Source: Podarcis pityusensis | Taxonomy: Eukaryota | Strand: one strand, 5' to 3' | Assembly (NCBI GenBank): GCA_964106645.2 | Contig: OZ067039.1 | Length of the DNA stretch: 64,000 nucleotides | Shown here: positions 1-13,910 of the stretch, piece by piece | How the letters are laid out: each line of letters starts with the position of its first letter | Position numbering within the stretch: position 1 is the stretch's first letter | Made by a program: the position numbers and the translations under genes | Notes under the pieces: generated by a model | The model's input: only the letters and a program-made list of their open reading frames with translations | Database searches by the model: none | What the model was told of the DNA's origin: nothing

Positions 1-84
1 GGAACATGTCTTAAAAAAAAACGACTTCCCACAATTGTGGGTCTTTTTTTAACACTATGTATGTGTGATTAGACTAAATGTGAC

Positions 85-223
85 CCACCTAGAGAAGGAA
101 CTGGCAAACCACTCCAGTATTTTGCCAAGAAAACTCCATGGACATAAAAAAGGAGAAGCTTTGAGAAGAAAGTGAGAGTTTCCAAGGCATGCTCTGGTTC
201 ATGGGGTCACAACTAAACAACAA
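85..223 (+). mobile_element. BovB/RTE-related 3'-end fragment
   Basis: gagaaggaactggcaaaccactccagtattttgccaagaaaactccatgga...catggggtcacaactaaacaacaa resembles the BovB/Bov-A-type 3' end. Confidence 0.5.
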
Positions 224-1446
224 TGTGTGATCACTTTTTTAAAAATATGTGCATTGCATATCAATTTGGATCTCCCATTCTCTGATGCTCTATACAGAAC
301 TCTTACCTGCAGCTAGGATTCTGTTTTCACTCTGATTCGAGTCCTAGAATCATCTGGAGTCTCTTCTCCTGAGAAAGTTTTGGGACTCCAACATGATTGC
401 TTGACAAGCAAGCCTGTTGGCTGAAGTGCTACCTCAGTTCCAGCTCTAAGTACTTAAGGGCCATCTCATCTTCTAAAAGCAGTGTTTTGGCTCGAAGACA
501 CTGTATTCTCCTTCACACACGCCTCCTTATTTTTCTTCTTCTTCCCCCTGGTAGTTGCTCTGCTTGCACGGAAAGTCAAACAAAATATTTGGGCATTTGT
601 TGTCAGCTGAACCTCTGTCAGTGGTCACAGCCAGCCTTAGATCTTGGAAGGGGGGGAGGGGCTCCCAGCATTACTCATTAATGAAAGAGCTCATTTAGAT
701 AGCCTGGGAAGTGGGTCTCTTTCAAAGGCCTTGCCTAGCATTGTTAAGCCAGGAGAGTTTGATTGCAGTTTGCACAGCGGGGGATTTGATTTCTCAATTC
801 ACCTTGGAAAAATAAGCAGCAGCATAGAATCTCTCAATGGAATGCACCAGATTAAAAATTGTTACTAGGCCATGCCTGGTGAGGATATGCCACTAACTGG
901 ATTACGGTGTGGGTAGGTGTTTGGGAATGATTGGCCTCCATCAAAGTACATTTTGGCAAGCCCTTCATGGTCGAGTGGACTGTTGTGCAATCTCCAAGGA
1001 GTGACTAGTTTCCCCAGGAAATAAAGCAAAGAGGCAATACCTCTAATCTAATGTTGCCCACCACCCCAGTCTCCAAGCAGTGCAACATCCCAGGCACTTA
1101 CCCAGAGTTCAGTTTCCTTGGAATGAGGGATAGCAAAGATTTTGTTGTCTTTATGATATATGGTTTATTTACTCATATATACAACCTGAGCCTATGTTGG
1201 AGGAGCTCATAGTATTAATAGCCCAAGAGGGTCATGCTTTTCCCATAGCCACTGCCTTGGATCCCAGCAGAAATCAGGCATGGCTCTGTCTCTCAGCTGC
1301 CCAGCCTGCTTCCTCCTTCTAGCTTCTAGCTCACACACACAGCTCTGACTTTTGTCTTTCTAACTAACAGACAGTTAAGGGAGGGGGCCTCACCCATCTT
1401 CTATCTGGCACAGAGCCATTTCCTTTGCTGCCTTTAGGACCCATTA

Positions 1447-1809
1447 AAAAGGTAAAGGTACCCCTGACCATTAGGTCCAGTTGTGGACGACTCTGGGGTT
1501 GCGTGCTCATCTCGCTGTATAGGCCGAGGGAGCCGGCGTTTGTCTGCAGACAGTTTTTCTGAGTCATGTGGTCAGCATGACTAAGCCGGTTCTGGCGAAC
1601 CAGAGCAGGGCACGGAAATGCAGTTTACCTTCCCGCCAGAGCGGTACCTATTTATCTACTTGCACTTTGACGTGCTTTCGAACTGCTAGGTTGGCAGGAG
1701 CAGGGACCTAGCAATGGGCGCTCACCCAGTTGCGGGGATTTGAACCTCCGACCTTCTGATTGGCAAGTCCTAGGCTCTGTGGTTTAGACCACAGCGCCAC
1801 CCGTGTCCC
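1447..1809 (-). mobile_element. Sauria SINE, full length
   Basis: Minus strand starts GGGACACGGGTGGCGCTGTGG and ends in an (ACCTTT)n tail. 14-bp TSD tttaggacccatta at 1433-1446 and 1810-1823. Confidence 0.88.
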
Positions 1810-2022
1810 TTTAGGACCCATTACCAAGGGTCATTACCCATAAACTTGTCTGGCTATTCCAGCATTTAGATCCTTGTTGGATTCAAGAATTAGAAGGGAT
1901 TCAGGCATACAGACTACCTCCCCCTAAAAAACAAGAACATGTCACAACAATAACATTCTTCTGAAGTCTCAGTTACCATTCAAAATGGGTTGGTAGTTAG
2001 GAACATATGAAGTTTCCTTATA

Positions 2023-2280
2023 CAGTGGTACCTCGGGTTACATACGCTTCAAGTTACATACGCTTCAAGTTACATACGCTTCAGGTTACAAACTCCGCTA
2101 ACCCAGAAATAGTACCTTGGGTTAAAAACTTTGCTTCAGGATGAGAACAGAAATCGTGCTCCTGCGGCGCGGCAGCAGCAGGAGGCCCCATTAGCTAAAG
2201 TGGTGCTTCAGGTTAAGAACAGTTTCATGTTAAGAACGGACTTCCAGAACGAATTAAGTACTTAACCCGAGGTACCACTG
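2023..2280. mobile_element. Tc1/mariner (Tigger/pogo-like) MITE
   Basis: TIRs cagtggtacctcgggtta...taacccgaggtaccactg with TA TSD and an internal tandem ttacatacgcttca x3. Confidence 0.85.
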
Positions 2281-3273
2281 TACTGAGTCAAACCCATTGG
2301 CCCATCTAGCTTAATAGTGTCTACACTGCTGACTGGGGAATGACTCCCCAGTGTTTCCAACCAGCAGTCTTTCCCAGCCTTACATGAGGATACCGGGATT
2401 GAATTTGGGATCTTCCACACATGCTCTGTCACTGAACAACAGCCCTTCCCTTTTATCTGTGGAAACTACAGCAAACGCCTTTGAGAGATACTACGACTCA
2501 AAGCTTTTGCATAAGATTTGCTTGACTGCAGCTTATTTTATGAGATGTAACACTGTTATTGGCAAAAACTCATACTACAATAAGCCATGCAAGATACTTA
2601 AATCAATTTAGAAGATTTCTTAGAAGCATGCTGACCCACTACCAACTAGCTGCACACTTGATCCCTCTGATCTGAAGCAGAAGCTGAAAAATTGGCAGGG
2701 TCCCCACAGTCAAAACAAGGGTCTGTTATGGAAGACTCCACAGTTATACACTTTGTGTGTGTATAGCTGTACTGCTTTCCGTTCATTCAGCCGAGTCCTA
2801 ATCATAAAACCAGGAGTGTGGGAAACTTTTCATCAAACACTCCTAAAGTTTCAGTATTCTCAAAATCCCACAAAAAGTGAAGGTAACTTTGTTGACCCAT
2901 AAGAAAGAAATTAAAAATCTATGTTAGGGCAATAGTTTTCTTAGGCGAACCAAAATGTCACAGAGCATTGTGCAAACTTTACCATTTAGCCAGAGAACTC
3001 AAAGGCTGGCCACTATGTTGTGGCATATCAGTTGGCTAATATGGATCTTGGGACATTCAATATGATAATGTTTAATATAATAACTACTTACTTTGTAACT
3101 TGGTAATCTGCTCTTTGAAGGGAATGTTTAGTGTTGTAACAATGCATTACAGCACTTACAGTTATATTTCAACTGTGAAAGTTCTCAAACTCTAAAACGG
3201 AGGTCACTCCAGTACTTACACTGTTGTGCAGGAGGGCTGGAATAATACAAAATGTTTGAGAGTCAGTTGATAG

Positions 3274-3409
3274 CAGGCATAGGCAAACTCGGTCCTCCAG
3301 ATGTTTTGGGACTACAGCTCCCATCATCCCTAGCTAACAGGACCAGTGGTCAGGGGTGGTGGGAGTTGTAGTCATAAAACATATGGAGGGCCGAGTTTGC
3401 CTATGCCTG
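3274..3409. mobile_element. hAT-type palindromic MITE
   Basis: Long TIRs caggcataggcaaactcgg...ccgagtttgcctatgcctg with a degenerate 8-bp TSD gttgatag/gtttagag. Related degraded copies at ~30064-30203 and ~58427-58530. Confidence 0.7.
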
Positions 3410-3512
3410 GTTTAGAGGCTAGGTATGCTACATGCTGTATGTTTTTTTTGCTAATTTTGAGGCAGCACCTGGCCCCTACCACTGTCACCCAACCATGGAA
3501 TAGAAGCTTTCT

Positions 3513-3515
3513 ACA

Positions 3516-3564
<49 letters not shown>
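3513..3564. repeat. Compound microsatellite (AC)n(AG)n
   Basis: Direct reading of the sequence. Confidence 0.9.
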
Positions 3565-3570
<6 letters not shown>

Positions 3571-4130
3571 AATCCACAGGAGATAAGAGTTCCCTTTTGT
3601 CAGTAGTGCTGTCAAGACAGCACACTGAGGTGGATGTCTATCAAGTAGTACACATTATCATCTAAAAGCCCCATGCACACACACAAGAACATTAAGGCCA
3701 AAGTCTAAGATTACCCAACTGCACCACTATGTTTTGTGAAGAACATACAAGATTGATGACCCCCTTATCTATGGGAAGGAGTGCTGGATGAAGAGGGAGT
3801 TCATGCATGATCTCACTCCTGGGGTTGGTGAAGCACCCATAAGCTTTCTACAAGGCAAGCTGTGAGGCTACATATGTACACTGCATTTAAAGCACATGAC
3901 ATCCCCCCAAGAATCCTGGGAACTGTAGCTTATCACCCACAGAGCTACAATTCTTGGCATCCTTATCAAACTATGGTTTCCAGGATTCTTGGGGGGGGTA
4001 TTGCTTTAAATATATGGTGTGTTCGCAGCCAGAGATGGTGCTGCTGATGTAGATATTTGAAATGATTTAAACTCTAATTCTGCTCCTCCCCACACTGCAG
4101 ACCCACTGTGTCTCTCTGCCTGGCTGCACC

Positions 4131-4981
4131 ATGACTGTCACATACACAGCCCGCGTGGCCAACGCTCGCTTTGGTGGCTTCTACAAACTACTGACCCTCT
4201 GGCGTGGAAGCATCTACAAGTTGCTCTACAAGGAGTTCTTGGTCTTCTCTCTTTCATACCTGGGACTTAGTGTTACATATCGGTAAGTGGGAACGTGGAA
4301 GAACAGTCTCATATCTACCCTAAATGACCTTTGGTGTGTCAAACTCGCGCCACCAAAATTCAGGGCTCTTCAAATAGTTACCACTTGGATCCACTCTCTA
4401 GAAATACACTAATTTCCCAAGAGAAGGCATAGTTTTCCCTTAGTGGTGTCTTTAAATTAGAAACCTCATAGAAAAATTGTTTGTTCAGGAGCATGCCTTT
4501 ATTTGCCGGGATGGAGGACAGTGTTTGGCATTTTGATTGGCAACTTGTTTTGGTGGTTTTTTTAATTTTGCACAGCCCTTATAACAAACTTGGTCTAACC
4601 AGCCAAAGTTGAAACTTAACACACTGGAGTGGGATGGGCAGGACATATATAAATATGGCATTGCCCAGCCCCACCCCCTTTCACAACTGTAATTATGCTG
4701 TAGAACCCACTCTTTCTGGGTTCTGCTGGCTGCACACTGCCTCCTCTCCAAGTTCAAATTGCACTTCTCCACTTCTCAACCCCAGATCAGGGTGACTGAT
4801 TTGCTACTTTTGAAACCCTTGCTTAGTTTTGGGCACTTTGCTATCCTGCTGACGACTAGAGAGGACCTCCTGTGAGCAGCAGATCTGGAGTGGCATCAAT
4901 TCAGCTCACAGTTTGGGCAGTCACCTTATTGCACACACCACTCACTTATAGCAGAAGTGTGTGTGTGTGTGCGTGTATATG

Positions 4982-5036
<55 letters not shown>

Positions 5037-8000
5037 TATACAACCACCCATTTATGTGAGTCAGCCTAGCTCTTTGCATATATTATGTATGATACAGAAG
5101 TCCTCAGCTCCCAGCAGTTGTGTGATTCTAGCACTCTGGTGCAGTCTTTGCCAACCTGGTTGTCCATCAGCTGGAGCTGATGGAAGTTGCAGACTCCAAA
5201 TGTTTTGGGGACAACCAGGTTGGCGAAGGCTGCTCTGCTGTATAAAGTTGCTGCAGGATTTATGTCCTGTCCAATCATAACGTTTTTTAAAACAACCCTC
5301 ACTTGCCCTTCAGAATGCATTTAGATTCTCCCCTTACAAGCAGGTGGCTCTCAGCAAATGTGCTGCCAACCCCCTTGGGAAATATGCATCCTTCTTAATC
5401 CTTCTCTCATTCTTATTCCCACCTCTAGCTTCGTCTTAAGTGAGACTCAGAAAAGGGACTTCGAAAAGGTGGTGATTTACTGTGACAACTATGCCAATCT
5501 CATCCCTGTCTCCTTTGTCCTGGGTGAGATGCTTGAACGCCAGCTCCTTTCCTAAAGGAGGACATGCTCTTTCCTTATCTATGTGCCCATCCCAACGCTG
5601 GCTTCCAGGGCAGAACCTTCTTCCATGCCTAATCCAATTTACTGCTTGGCCTTTGAGTACTGCAAGGGTGTCAGACTATAATACAGGCTCAACTTTTAAT
5701 CATTAGAAATGCTTCTGGTTTAGACTTGGGTGTGATAGGACTCATTCCCTCCCCCCAGTCTATCAAAGCAACAGTATGGTGATAATAGGGTATTATGGAC
5801 TTTAATTATTTCATCTGGAAACTGGGTAGAGTATGGGTGACTTGTGCGTGTTATACTCAGCAGCTAACTTCTACAATTAGGCCTGGTGGTGTAGCACCCT
5901 GCTTGTGGTTAACGCTTAGCTGGAATGAAATATTCAACGCAGCAATAGAGAAATTAAAATAATAATTTATTTGTCAGACAAATAAATGAGAGGCACAGTG
6001 GTATATGGTTACCAAGCTCTGGCCTGGTCTCCTGCCATTATGGCCAGCACTTATATTCCCTCAGCCCAGCTCCCTTGCTCCTCCTTTGGCTGCCTCTGTC
6101 CAATCAGCCTGGTTGAATTTCCTATTGGCTGATTGCTACAACCAATCCTAAAAGATACACCCATTTCCTATTGCCTTTTATGGGATACAAAAAGCTATAT
6201 ATTCTTCTATCTATAAATGACAAATAAGTAGTCATATATCTTACATTTGTCTCAACAAGAAACCTTAATTACCAGCTCACCTCTTGCCCTCCTTGCCCTA
6301 TTGCCCTCCAAAACAGATGGTTAATAATTTTAATTTTTTATCTTAAACAGATGTCAGAGATCTTGGGTTCACATTCTCATGCATCATCAATGAAAGATCT
6401 CCTTTTTGGAGGTCTTTAAAACAAAGGCCTGACAACCATATATCAGGAGTGCTCGATGGCGTCTCCTGTCTGGCAGGGGGCTGGGCTCGTTTGCCCCTCT
6501 GGTCTCCTACAGCAATATGACTCTATGAAATAAGAATTTAACATTTCTTTCTTTCTAGATCCTTTGCATAATTACATTTAAGCCAGTATATTTCATACAT
6601 TATCATAGATAGCTTTTTAGAAGAATAAATCTTCTCAAAGTAACAGGAAGGAATCAGTTTACAGCCTCAAAATAAAATAGGAAAAAGCCTCTTTTTCTGT
6701 TTACACTTCTCCTTCTCCAGCCAGTTGCTCTTGGCCTTTAACCTTAGAAAGATATGGCTCAAGTTTAATGGTTTTTACTATTTACCAACTCTTAATTATG
6801 TAGGGTGGTGTAACCTTGCTCTCAGCTTGTAATTCTCTTTTTACGACTTTGAGAATTGTTTTCTGCTATAAATCAGGGGGCCCCCTTGTCCAGGAGGATA
6901 AACATCTTGACAAAGTACTTAGGCAGCTGGTCTTCTGCCTGGCATAAAACATTTGAAAATCTTTAAGCTCATTTTAAAATACAGACCCTAATCAAACTAT
7001 AAGCCTTGATAAAAATGCAGGCTATGATTAGATGCCTCAGTGGAGCTCAGAGCTCTCTGAAAGCCAGGAAGAGCAGCCCAGGACACTCCATGTCCTTGAT
7101 CCTGAACATATTGGCAATGAGAGAAAGGAACTCTGCACGTGCTCAGGGTAATGTCATGTGTACTGGCAGCAAGCAAACTCCCTTCTCTGAGCAATAGTCC
7201 TTATATGTAGCCAAAATGGCACCACCCATACACAGAAAAGGGGAGGTATCAAGCAGGCATGCTGAAGTATAGAAAGGAAACCTCAGAGGAGGGGACATCC
7301 CAAAATGGCCCAGTGAAGACTGAGTGTGCCCAGTGGGTATTGAATGCTGAGGGGGATCTAAAAACAACACAGTGGGCATGGAATGCTGTCTGCCTGTTGT
7401 GGGCTTTTTTGGGGGGGTGGGGATATAAGAAAATCAGTGGGGAGAATAGAATGGAGGGACTGGAAAGCTGAACAGAGGCATTCCATACTGCAATGTTTTG
7501 TGGCCAGTTTCTCTTGCACTTACTGTTTAATGTTGCCAGAACCGAGCTCTGTCTTTCATAATGTGTGAGCAGGGGGCGTCCTCAGTCCTGGTTCAAGTGA
7601 AGCATTCCTGTTTTATCTCAGAGTGAGGCTGCCTGACTTAGCAGCATGCCGTGGGGCAGAATTCTAATGCATCCCCTCCCCATCTCCTGGGTTCATTTAG
7701 GGTTCTATGTGACACTGGTGGTGAACCGCTGGTGGAGTCAGTACACCTGCATGCCTATGCCAGACCGCCTGATGTGTGCCATCTCTGGGAACGTGCACGG
7801 CACTGACGAGAAGGGGCGCCTTTACCGGCGAACTCTCATGCGGTACTGCAGCCTGTCTGCTGTCTTGATTCTTCGCTCAGTCAGCATTGCTGTGTTCAAG
7901 CGTTTCCCCACCATAGACCATGTGGTGGAGGCAGGTGAGTGCAGAAGGGAGACCTTTTTCCCCACTAAGCCAGTGGTTTTCAACCAGTGTGCCGTGGCAC

Positions 8001-11000
8001 CCTGGGGTGCCTTGAATGATGGTCAAGGGTGCTGTGGGTAACACTGGCCTCCCTCCCTCCCTCTTTCTTTCCCTCCCTCTTCTAGTGCCCTCTTGCGTTT
8101 CTGCCTCCCAAAGGCTTGCACAGCTGTTTATTGCAGCAGCCCTGGCTACAATCTCCTCAGGCGCATGGTGCCTCTGGGGCTGGCCAGGGGGTGCTCTCCA
8201 GGCCCCTGAGGGGCAGTGGGAGGAGGCACCTCTCTTTGGGGCAGAGGGAGCAGCTCAGAGACCAGGGACGGCAGCAGCAGCTGCCCAGAGGACTCCCAAG
8301 GAGAGAGGGGAGAGGAGGCTGAGGGAACACTCCACATGGGAAGGTATTTGAAAAAGGATGAGAGGCTGCCAGCTCTGCAAGCAAGGGGTGACATAACTGG
8401 GCTCCTGAGTCCCACAGGGGAGCCACAGAAAGAATGTAGTTGGTCAAGGGACTCAAAAAGGGTGAAAGCCTCTGCACTAAGCTTATAAGGATGAGAGGAC
8501 TGTGGGAAAGCCTGCAAGAGTTAGGTGTTCCCCTGCCCTTGCTCATTTGTTAGAATGAAATTGGGAAATTTCAAAGTTTTTTTTAAAGCAATAATAGGCA
8601 TAACTTTTAATCTAGAATATGTCATTTCGGAATGCCATGATTATGCAGCGTATAAAGTGGACTGCCTGTAAGCAGAGCATATTGCATTTAGTGTGAGCTT
8701 TACTACATATCTTGTGTCCTTCTTCAAGGCTTCTTCAAAAGCCTATAGCCTTTCAGAGTGCAGTTCTTCAGTATAAGATTGCATTCTGGACCTTCTAAAT
8801 AGAGTATTATTGACTGCATAACCTGTGCTGCATCTAACAGGGTTCATGACTCGTGAGGAGCGCAAGAAATACGAGAACCTGAACACTTCCTACAACAGAT
8901 ACTGGGTCCCCTGTGTCTGGTTTACCAACTTAGCTGCACAGGCACGCAAAGAAGGCCGCATCCGTGATAACTGTGCTCTCAAGTTACTCATGGAGGTGAG
9001 GTGGTAAATACTTGTCCCCCAGACTATAGATGTAATAGTTCTTTTGTATTTATACCTTTGACACCTGAGATGTGTGTTTTCAGGGCCCACCCTATTCCTG
9101 TGATCATAATATGATTTAATTGTTTTTAATTTTAAGCTGTTCACCTGCGAGTCAAGGGTGGGTTATAAATTTGATGATGATAATAGGAGCACCTCCAGAA
9201 CAAGAGCCTTTAGTGCAAGGTTTCTTTTGTGACCCATGCTCCCTGTTAGCTTATATAAAAATCTTACCCTTCCTGTCAAGCCTGGCTTCTCTAATTGTTT
9301 TATTAAAATTTAGAAATGGATTTCTATACTGGAGAGCTCAGTCACCTAAAAAAAAAAAAAATTCCAAGAAGTGTTCAAGAGCAAACATTACCAGTTTTAG
9401 CTATCATGTTTCGCAACAGGTAAAATGGAGGCTTGCATTGTGTATGTGGCAATATTGAATCATTTTGTTCTAATGTTTAATACTAGGCTATTGTGCAAGA
9501 GTAATATTTACTTGAATTTATAAAACTTACGCAAGATATAGTAGGTGTTGCATATGTGTTTGTATATATTTAAAAGAAGCTTGGTACATGTACTGTGATT
9601 AGTCTCCGAGGTAATCCCTCATATGTACTGGGTGGAGATCTTGAGAACAGCTACCGTTGCTGAATTTGGAATATGCCTTCATCATGTGGCAACTGGAAAT
9701 AAGCACACACATGTCATTTCTGCTGCCAGGGAAAAAAAGGCTAAGTTGTGTTCAGTTAAGGAGCATATGGTTGTTGTGATAGATGCCACCTATTGAAACA
9801 ACATCACTCATGTGACAAACGATGCCCCACCCCACCCCAAAAATTAATGAGTTTTCTCACCAGGGGTGATTGTGGATATATAATTGGTTATTATTGCCTG
9901 AAGGGAAAATCCAGATTAAATAAAAAAAAAAAGGATGGGCTTGCATTTTTATGATGGTGGACATCTTGTGGACTCAGTGAAAAACATATGTGCATGAGCA
10001 GTACCAATTGCATAATAAACTCTCTTGTGACTGCAGCCTAAATTTCAGTTTATTGGCCTTCACTCAGCCCATTACCAATTCAAGACACCAGTTCAGCACT
10101 TTCACTGCTTCATGTGACTCAGGTGAAAATTAGACTAGAGTTGGGTGTCATCTGCATATTGATGACACCCCACCCATAATCTTCATATGACCTCACCCAA
10201 TAGCTTCATACAGATGGTGAAAAGCATGGTATACAAAGTGGAATTCTTGGGGACCTTTCAACATAAATGCCATGGGGTCTCCCAGCATCACCTTCTGGAA
10301 GTGGCCTTCCAAGTAGGAGTGGAACCACTGGGACATCATATTTCCAGTCCCCAACCCCGATAACCTATTCAGAAGGATACCATAGTCAATGGTATCAAAG
10401 GTCCAGGAGAATTAGCAGGGTCGCATTCCTTCTGTTCTTCTCCCAGCATAGATCATCCATCAGGACAACCAAAGCTGTTTCTGAGCTGAAAGCAGGTCTG
10501 AAGATGGACTGAAAAGTTCTAGTTAGGCAGAAGTTTCAGTGCTTAGCCGTTAGAGATGGCTGTTTTCTTCCTTCAGGAACTGAATCTTTTTCGCGGAAAC
10601 TGCAGCATGCTCTACCACTATGATTGGATCAGTGTACCACTAGTCTACACTCAGGTGAGTTAAGGACCCAAAGCAGTCAGCAAGCCCAATTACATCCATT
10701 TGGGATCATATGATGAACCACCTGCTTCCAAACATTGGTAGTTATTTCACCCAAAGGCATGCATAGAGTCAAAAGCACTGAAGCCACTGAACAAGCACAT
10801 CATATATTAGGGAATTTGCATCCCAGCTAAGTTTAACACAGCCCAAAACGGCACATCTAGCCCAGCGGTAAGCCCAGCCCCACTCCAGAAAATTCATCAC
10901 ACTATGGAGCAAGCCTTATATGTAGAGCAGCAACGCACAGATCCTAATGTTATATGAGGACAGCTGAGGTCTAGCTATTCTAAAGCACATTTTGAGGATC

Positions 11001-13910
11001 TCATGCTAGATTAATCCAGAGCAGCCTCTAGTTGTGTGCTTACAATCACTATTTCAAGGAATGTACTCAGGATCATTAAAACAAAAACCCAGTTATCTGG
11101 CTTTGACACACACTAAATGCCTTTATATAGTCACATTTAGGGTGATTAAAGAGGAATAACATGTTTCTTCTCCTTCAGTATGTTTATATGGGAAGTAGTG
11201 GTACTAATTCGCACTAGCAACTGAGTATGGTGTGAAGGATCTTAACTCATTCCTATTTATTCAAGAATGAAAAGCTGCTGAAAATTAGAAACTCTGCCCT
11301 ATTTAATACAAACATACATTAGGACAAGGTTGAACCTCTTATATTACTGCTGCTTAGCATCCCTGATTCCATGCACAGAGGATAAATTATTAGGGATTAA
11401 ATCACAGATGAATTGTTTGGTCCTCAGTAAACAGCCCATAAGATTGAACTAGGGCTAAAAAACAGGGCTCTTAAATTCTGCAACTCATCCCCCCCTTCAG
11501 CCTCTCTACCTGCTTTTTCTTGCTCTGCTCTGACAGGTGGTTACCATTGCTGTGTACAGCTTCTTCGTTTCTTGTCTGATTGGGCGGCAGTTCCTTGACC
11601 CAGGCCAGGGCTACAAAGGACATGACCTGGATCTGTGGGTCCCTGTTTTCACCCTGCTGCAATTCTTCTTCTATGTTGGGTGGCTAAAGGTATGGCAGAC
11701 AGGAGGTAGTTTAAGATGTGTAAGGACAGTCATTATTGGGACACTTTCCTACAGATTAGGAAATAAATCAGGGGCAGAGGGATGGTCCATGAATCAGCTG
11801 CTGGGTGATTTAACAAGTGTCTGGAAGGAAGGAAGGAAGGAAGGAAGGAAGAGAGAATGTTTAATGCTGCACACCTTTGCCATGTCTGTTACCATATTGA
11901 TGGCAACAAATAAGGAGGCTGGGCACAAGTGTGTCCCTCTTTTGACTGTGCCTCTAAATACCTTACAGGTGGCTGAGCAGCTCATCAACCCTTTCGGGGA
12001 AGACGATGATGACTTTGAAACCAACCTGCTGATTGACAGGAATTTCCAGGTAACTCTGCCCTCCCCTTTTCTGCTGAATAAAGCAACACTTCTAAAACAG
12101 ATGAAGGATGCTTCCAGAATTGGGCAACTTAGCTTTTGTAGTGGGAATTGACTAGCAAATCAGCATTCAGACACCTAGTACGTGGGCATTCTGTCTTCCT
12201 CGTGGATTCAGATGTTGGAACAATATTTTTTTTTACTGGTTAAACATTCCCTTGCCCTCACTGAACTCCCAATCATGTGAAGGATTACCTTCCACTTGGA
12301 AATCTAAAACTAGGCCCTACATGTCAGATTTCCATACTGGTGCTGGAGGAGACTCTTGAGAGTCTCATGGACTGCAAGAAGATCAAACCTATCCATTCTT
12401 AAGGAAATCAGCCCTGAGTGCTCACTGGAAAGACAGATCCTGAAGCTGAGGCTCCAATATTTTGGCCACCTCATAAGAAGAGACGACTCCCTGGAAAAGA
12501 CCCAGATGTTGGGAAAGATTGAGGGCACAAGGAGAAGGGGATGACAGAGGACGAGATGGTTGGACAGTGTTCTCGAAGCTACCAGCATGAGTTTGACAAA
12601 ACTGCGGGAGTGGAAAACAGGAGTGCCTGGCGTGCTCTGGTTCATGGGGTCATGAAGAGTTGGACACAACTAAATGACTAACCAACAAGCATGCATACAC
12701 CTAGGCTAGTATTCACTTACTTTGCTGGTGACTCCTGAAGTCCTCCCTTCCTTTGCAGGTCTCCATGATGGCAGTGGACGAGATGTATGGGGACCTGCCT
12801 CTTCTGGAGAAGGACCGGTACTGGGATGCCTCCAACCCCCGAGCCCCATATACTGCAGCCACCGTTTTCCTCTTGCAACAGCCGTCGTTCCAGGGTTCCA
12901 CTTTTGATATGACGTAAGCCAAACTTCTCATTCTGTGGCAAGGAAAGGGAATGACGGTGGTCCTGGTTGGGTAGAGGGTTGGGGAGAGAAGGAGGGATTC
13001 CGTCGGTGGGAACAGTTTTCAGTCCGTGAAACTGGAGCTTGCTTTCTCCTTTTGGCCATTCCTCCCTGCTCATTTGGGGTAGGGCGAGGGCTCTTCTTCC
13101 GGCGCACATGGAGCCCCTGTTGGTTGCACAAATTCAGATCCCCATTTATACTACGCCATAGATATCCCCTCTCATTCCAGAGCACTAGTGTGGTGTCTGA
13201 GGGCAATAAGGAAGATCCCTGCACCACAAAGCAAGCTCTTCTGCAACTTGCGGTGGTGAAGCTACTCCCTTTAACTACTCCCCTCCTCGATTTCCAGCCT
13301 AGCCAAGGAAGACATGCAGTTCCAGCCCCTAGAGGACATCGCAGAGGGCTATGAACACAGCCGCCATGTCCCTGCACACCTCTTGAACCGCCTGCTATCC
13401 ACAGCCCCCGCGCCTGGCGGCTTTGGACGTCGGCTGTCTTTGCTGAGGCGCAAGAACAGCTGTGTTTCCGAAGCATCCACTACCTACAGCTGCCTCTGTC
13501 AGGATACACAGACCACGGACTGTACTTGTGGGCCTTCTGGGCAGTCTGTGCCCATCAATAGCATTCACTTCAGCTCTGAGGGGGAGGGAGACCTTGGGCC
13601 TGATGCCACTGGCCTGGGCACGGAGACACACAAGGACCTCTCTGAGGATCCCGCCGGCGAGCCCAGTGGCCCAGCTCAGACCTCGCTAGGCCATGACAGT
13701 GCTGTGGCCAACCCCCAGGATCCAGTGCCCCTTGTGGACATGTCTGTCCCTGCAGCAACAGATACCGACTCGTCTCAGCCTCTCCTAGACCACGGCTCTT
13801 CAGATGCCCCCTTCTTTCACAGCTCAAAGGAGGCCTCCAGCAAGGGTCTTCCGCCAGCCAATTACCCCCACTGGCTGCAGAGCCCTATCGAGGAGGAGAA
13901 TGTGGCATAA
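4131..13910 (+). CDS. BEST2: Bestrophin-2 (Ca2+-activated anion channel), 9 coding exons, 571 aa
   Basis: Exons with canonical AG/GT ends and consistent phase: 4131-4282, 5429-5523, 7701-7934, 8841-8995, 10577-10654, 11537-11689, 11969-12049, 12759-12913, 13298-13910 (sum 1716 nt). Translation has [17 protein letters not shown], the RFP motif (KRFPT) and the Ca2+ clasp [11 protein letters not shown]. The C-terminus ([10 protein letters not shown]...[17 protein letters not shown]...SPIEEENVA) is BEST2-type. Tail-to-tail with HOOK2, as in mammals. Confidence 0.95.
4957..5034. repeat. Compound microsatellite (GT)n(AT)n(GT)n
   Basis: Direct reading of the sequence. Confidence 0.9.
6405..6530 (+). 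mobile_element. CR1 LINE 3'-end fragment
   Basis: ttggaggtctttaaaacaaaggcctgacaacca...ggcagggggctgg...ctctatga matches the CR1 3' terminal pattern. Confidence 0.5.
12338..12688 (+). mobile_element. BovB (RTE) LINE 3' fragment in a BEST2 intron
   Basis: Encodes the BovB C-terminal signature [47 protein letters not shown] and ends in the (CAA)-type tail. Confidence 0.88.

Noticed and set aside
11537-12151. 204-aa ORF as a single exon
   Set aside because: It is two BEST2 exons (11537-11689 and 11969-12049) joined by a 279-nt intron that happens to be open. Canonical splice sites are present.
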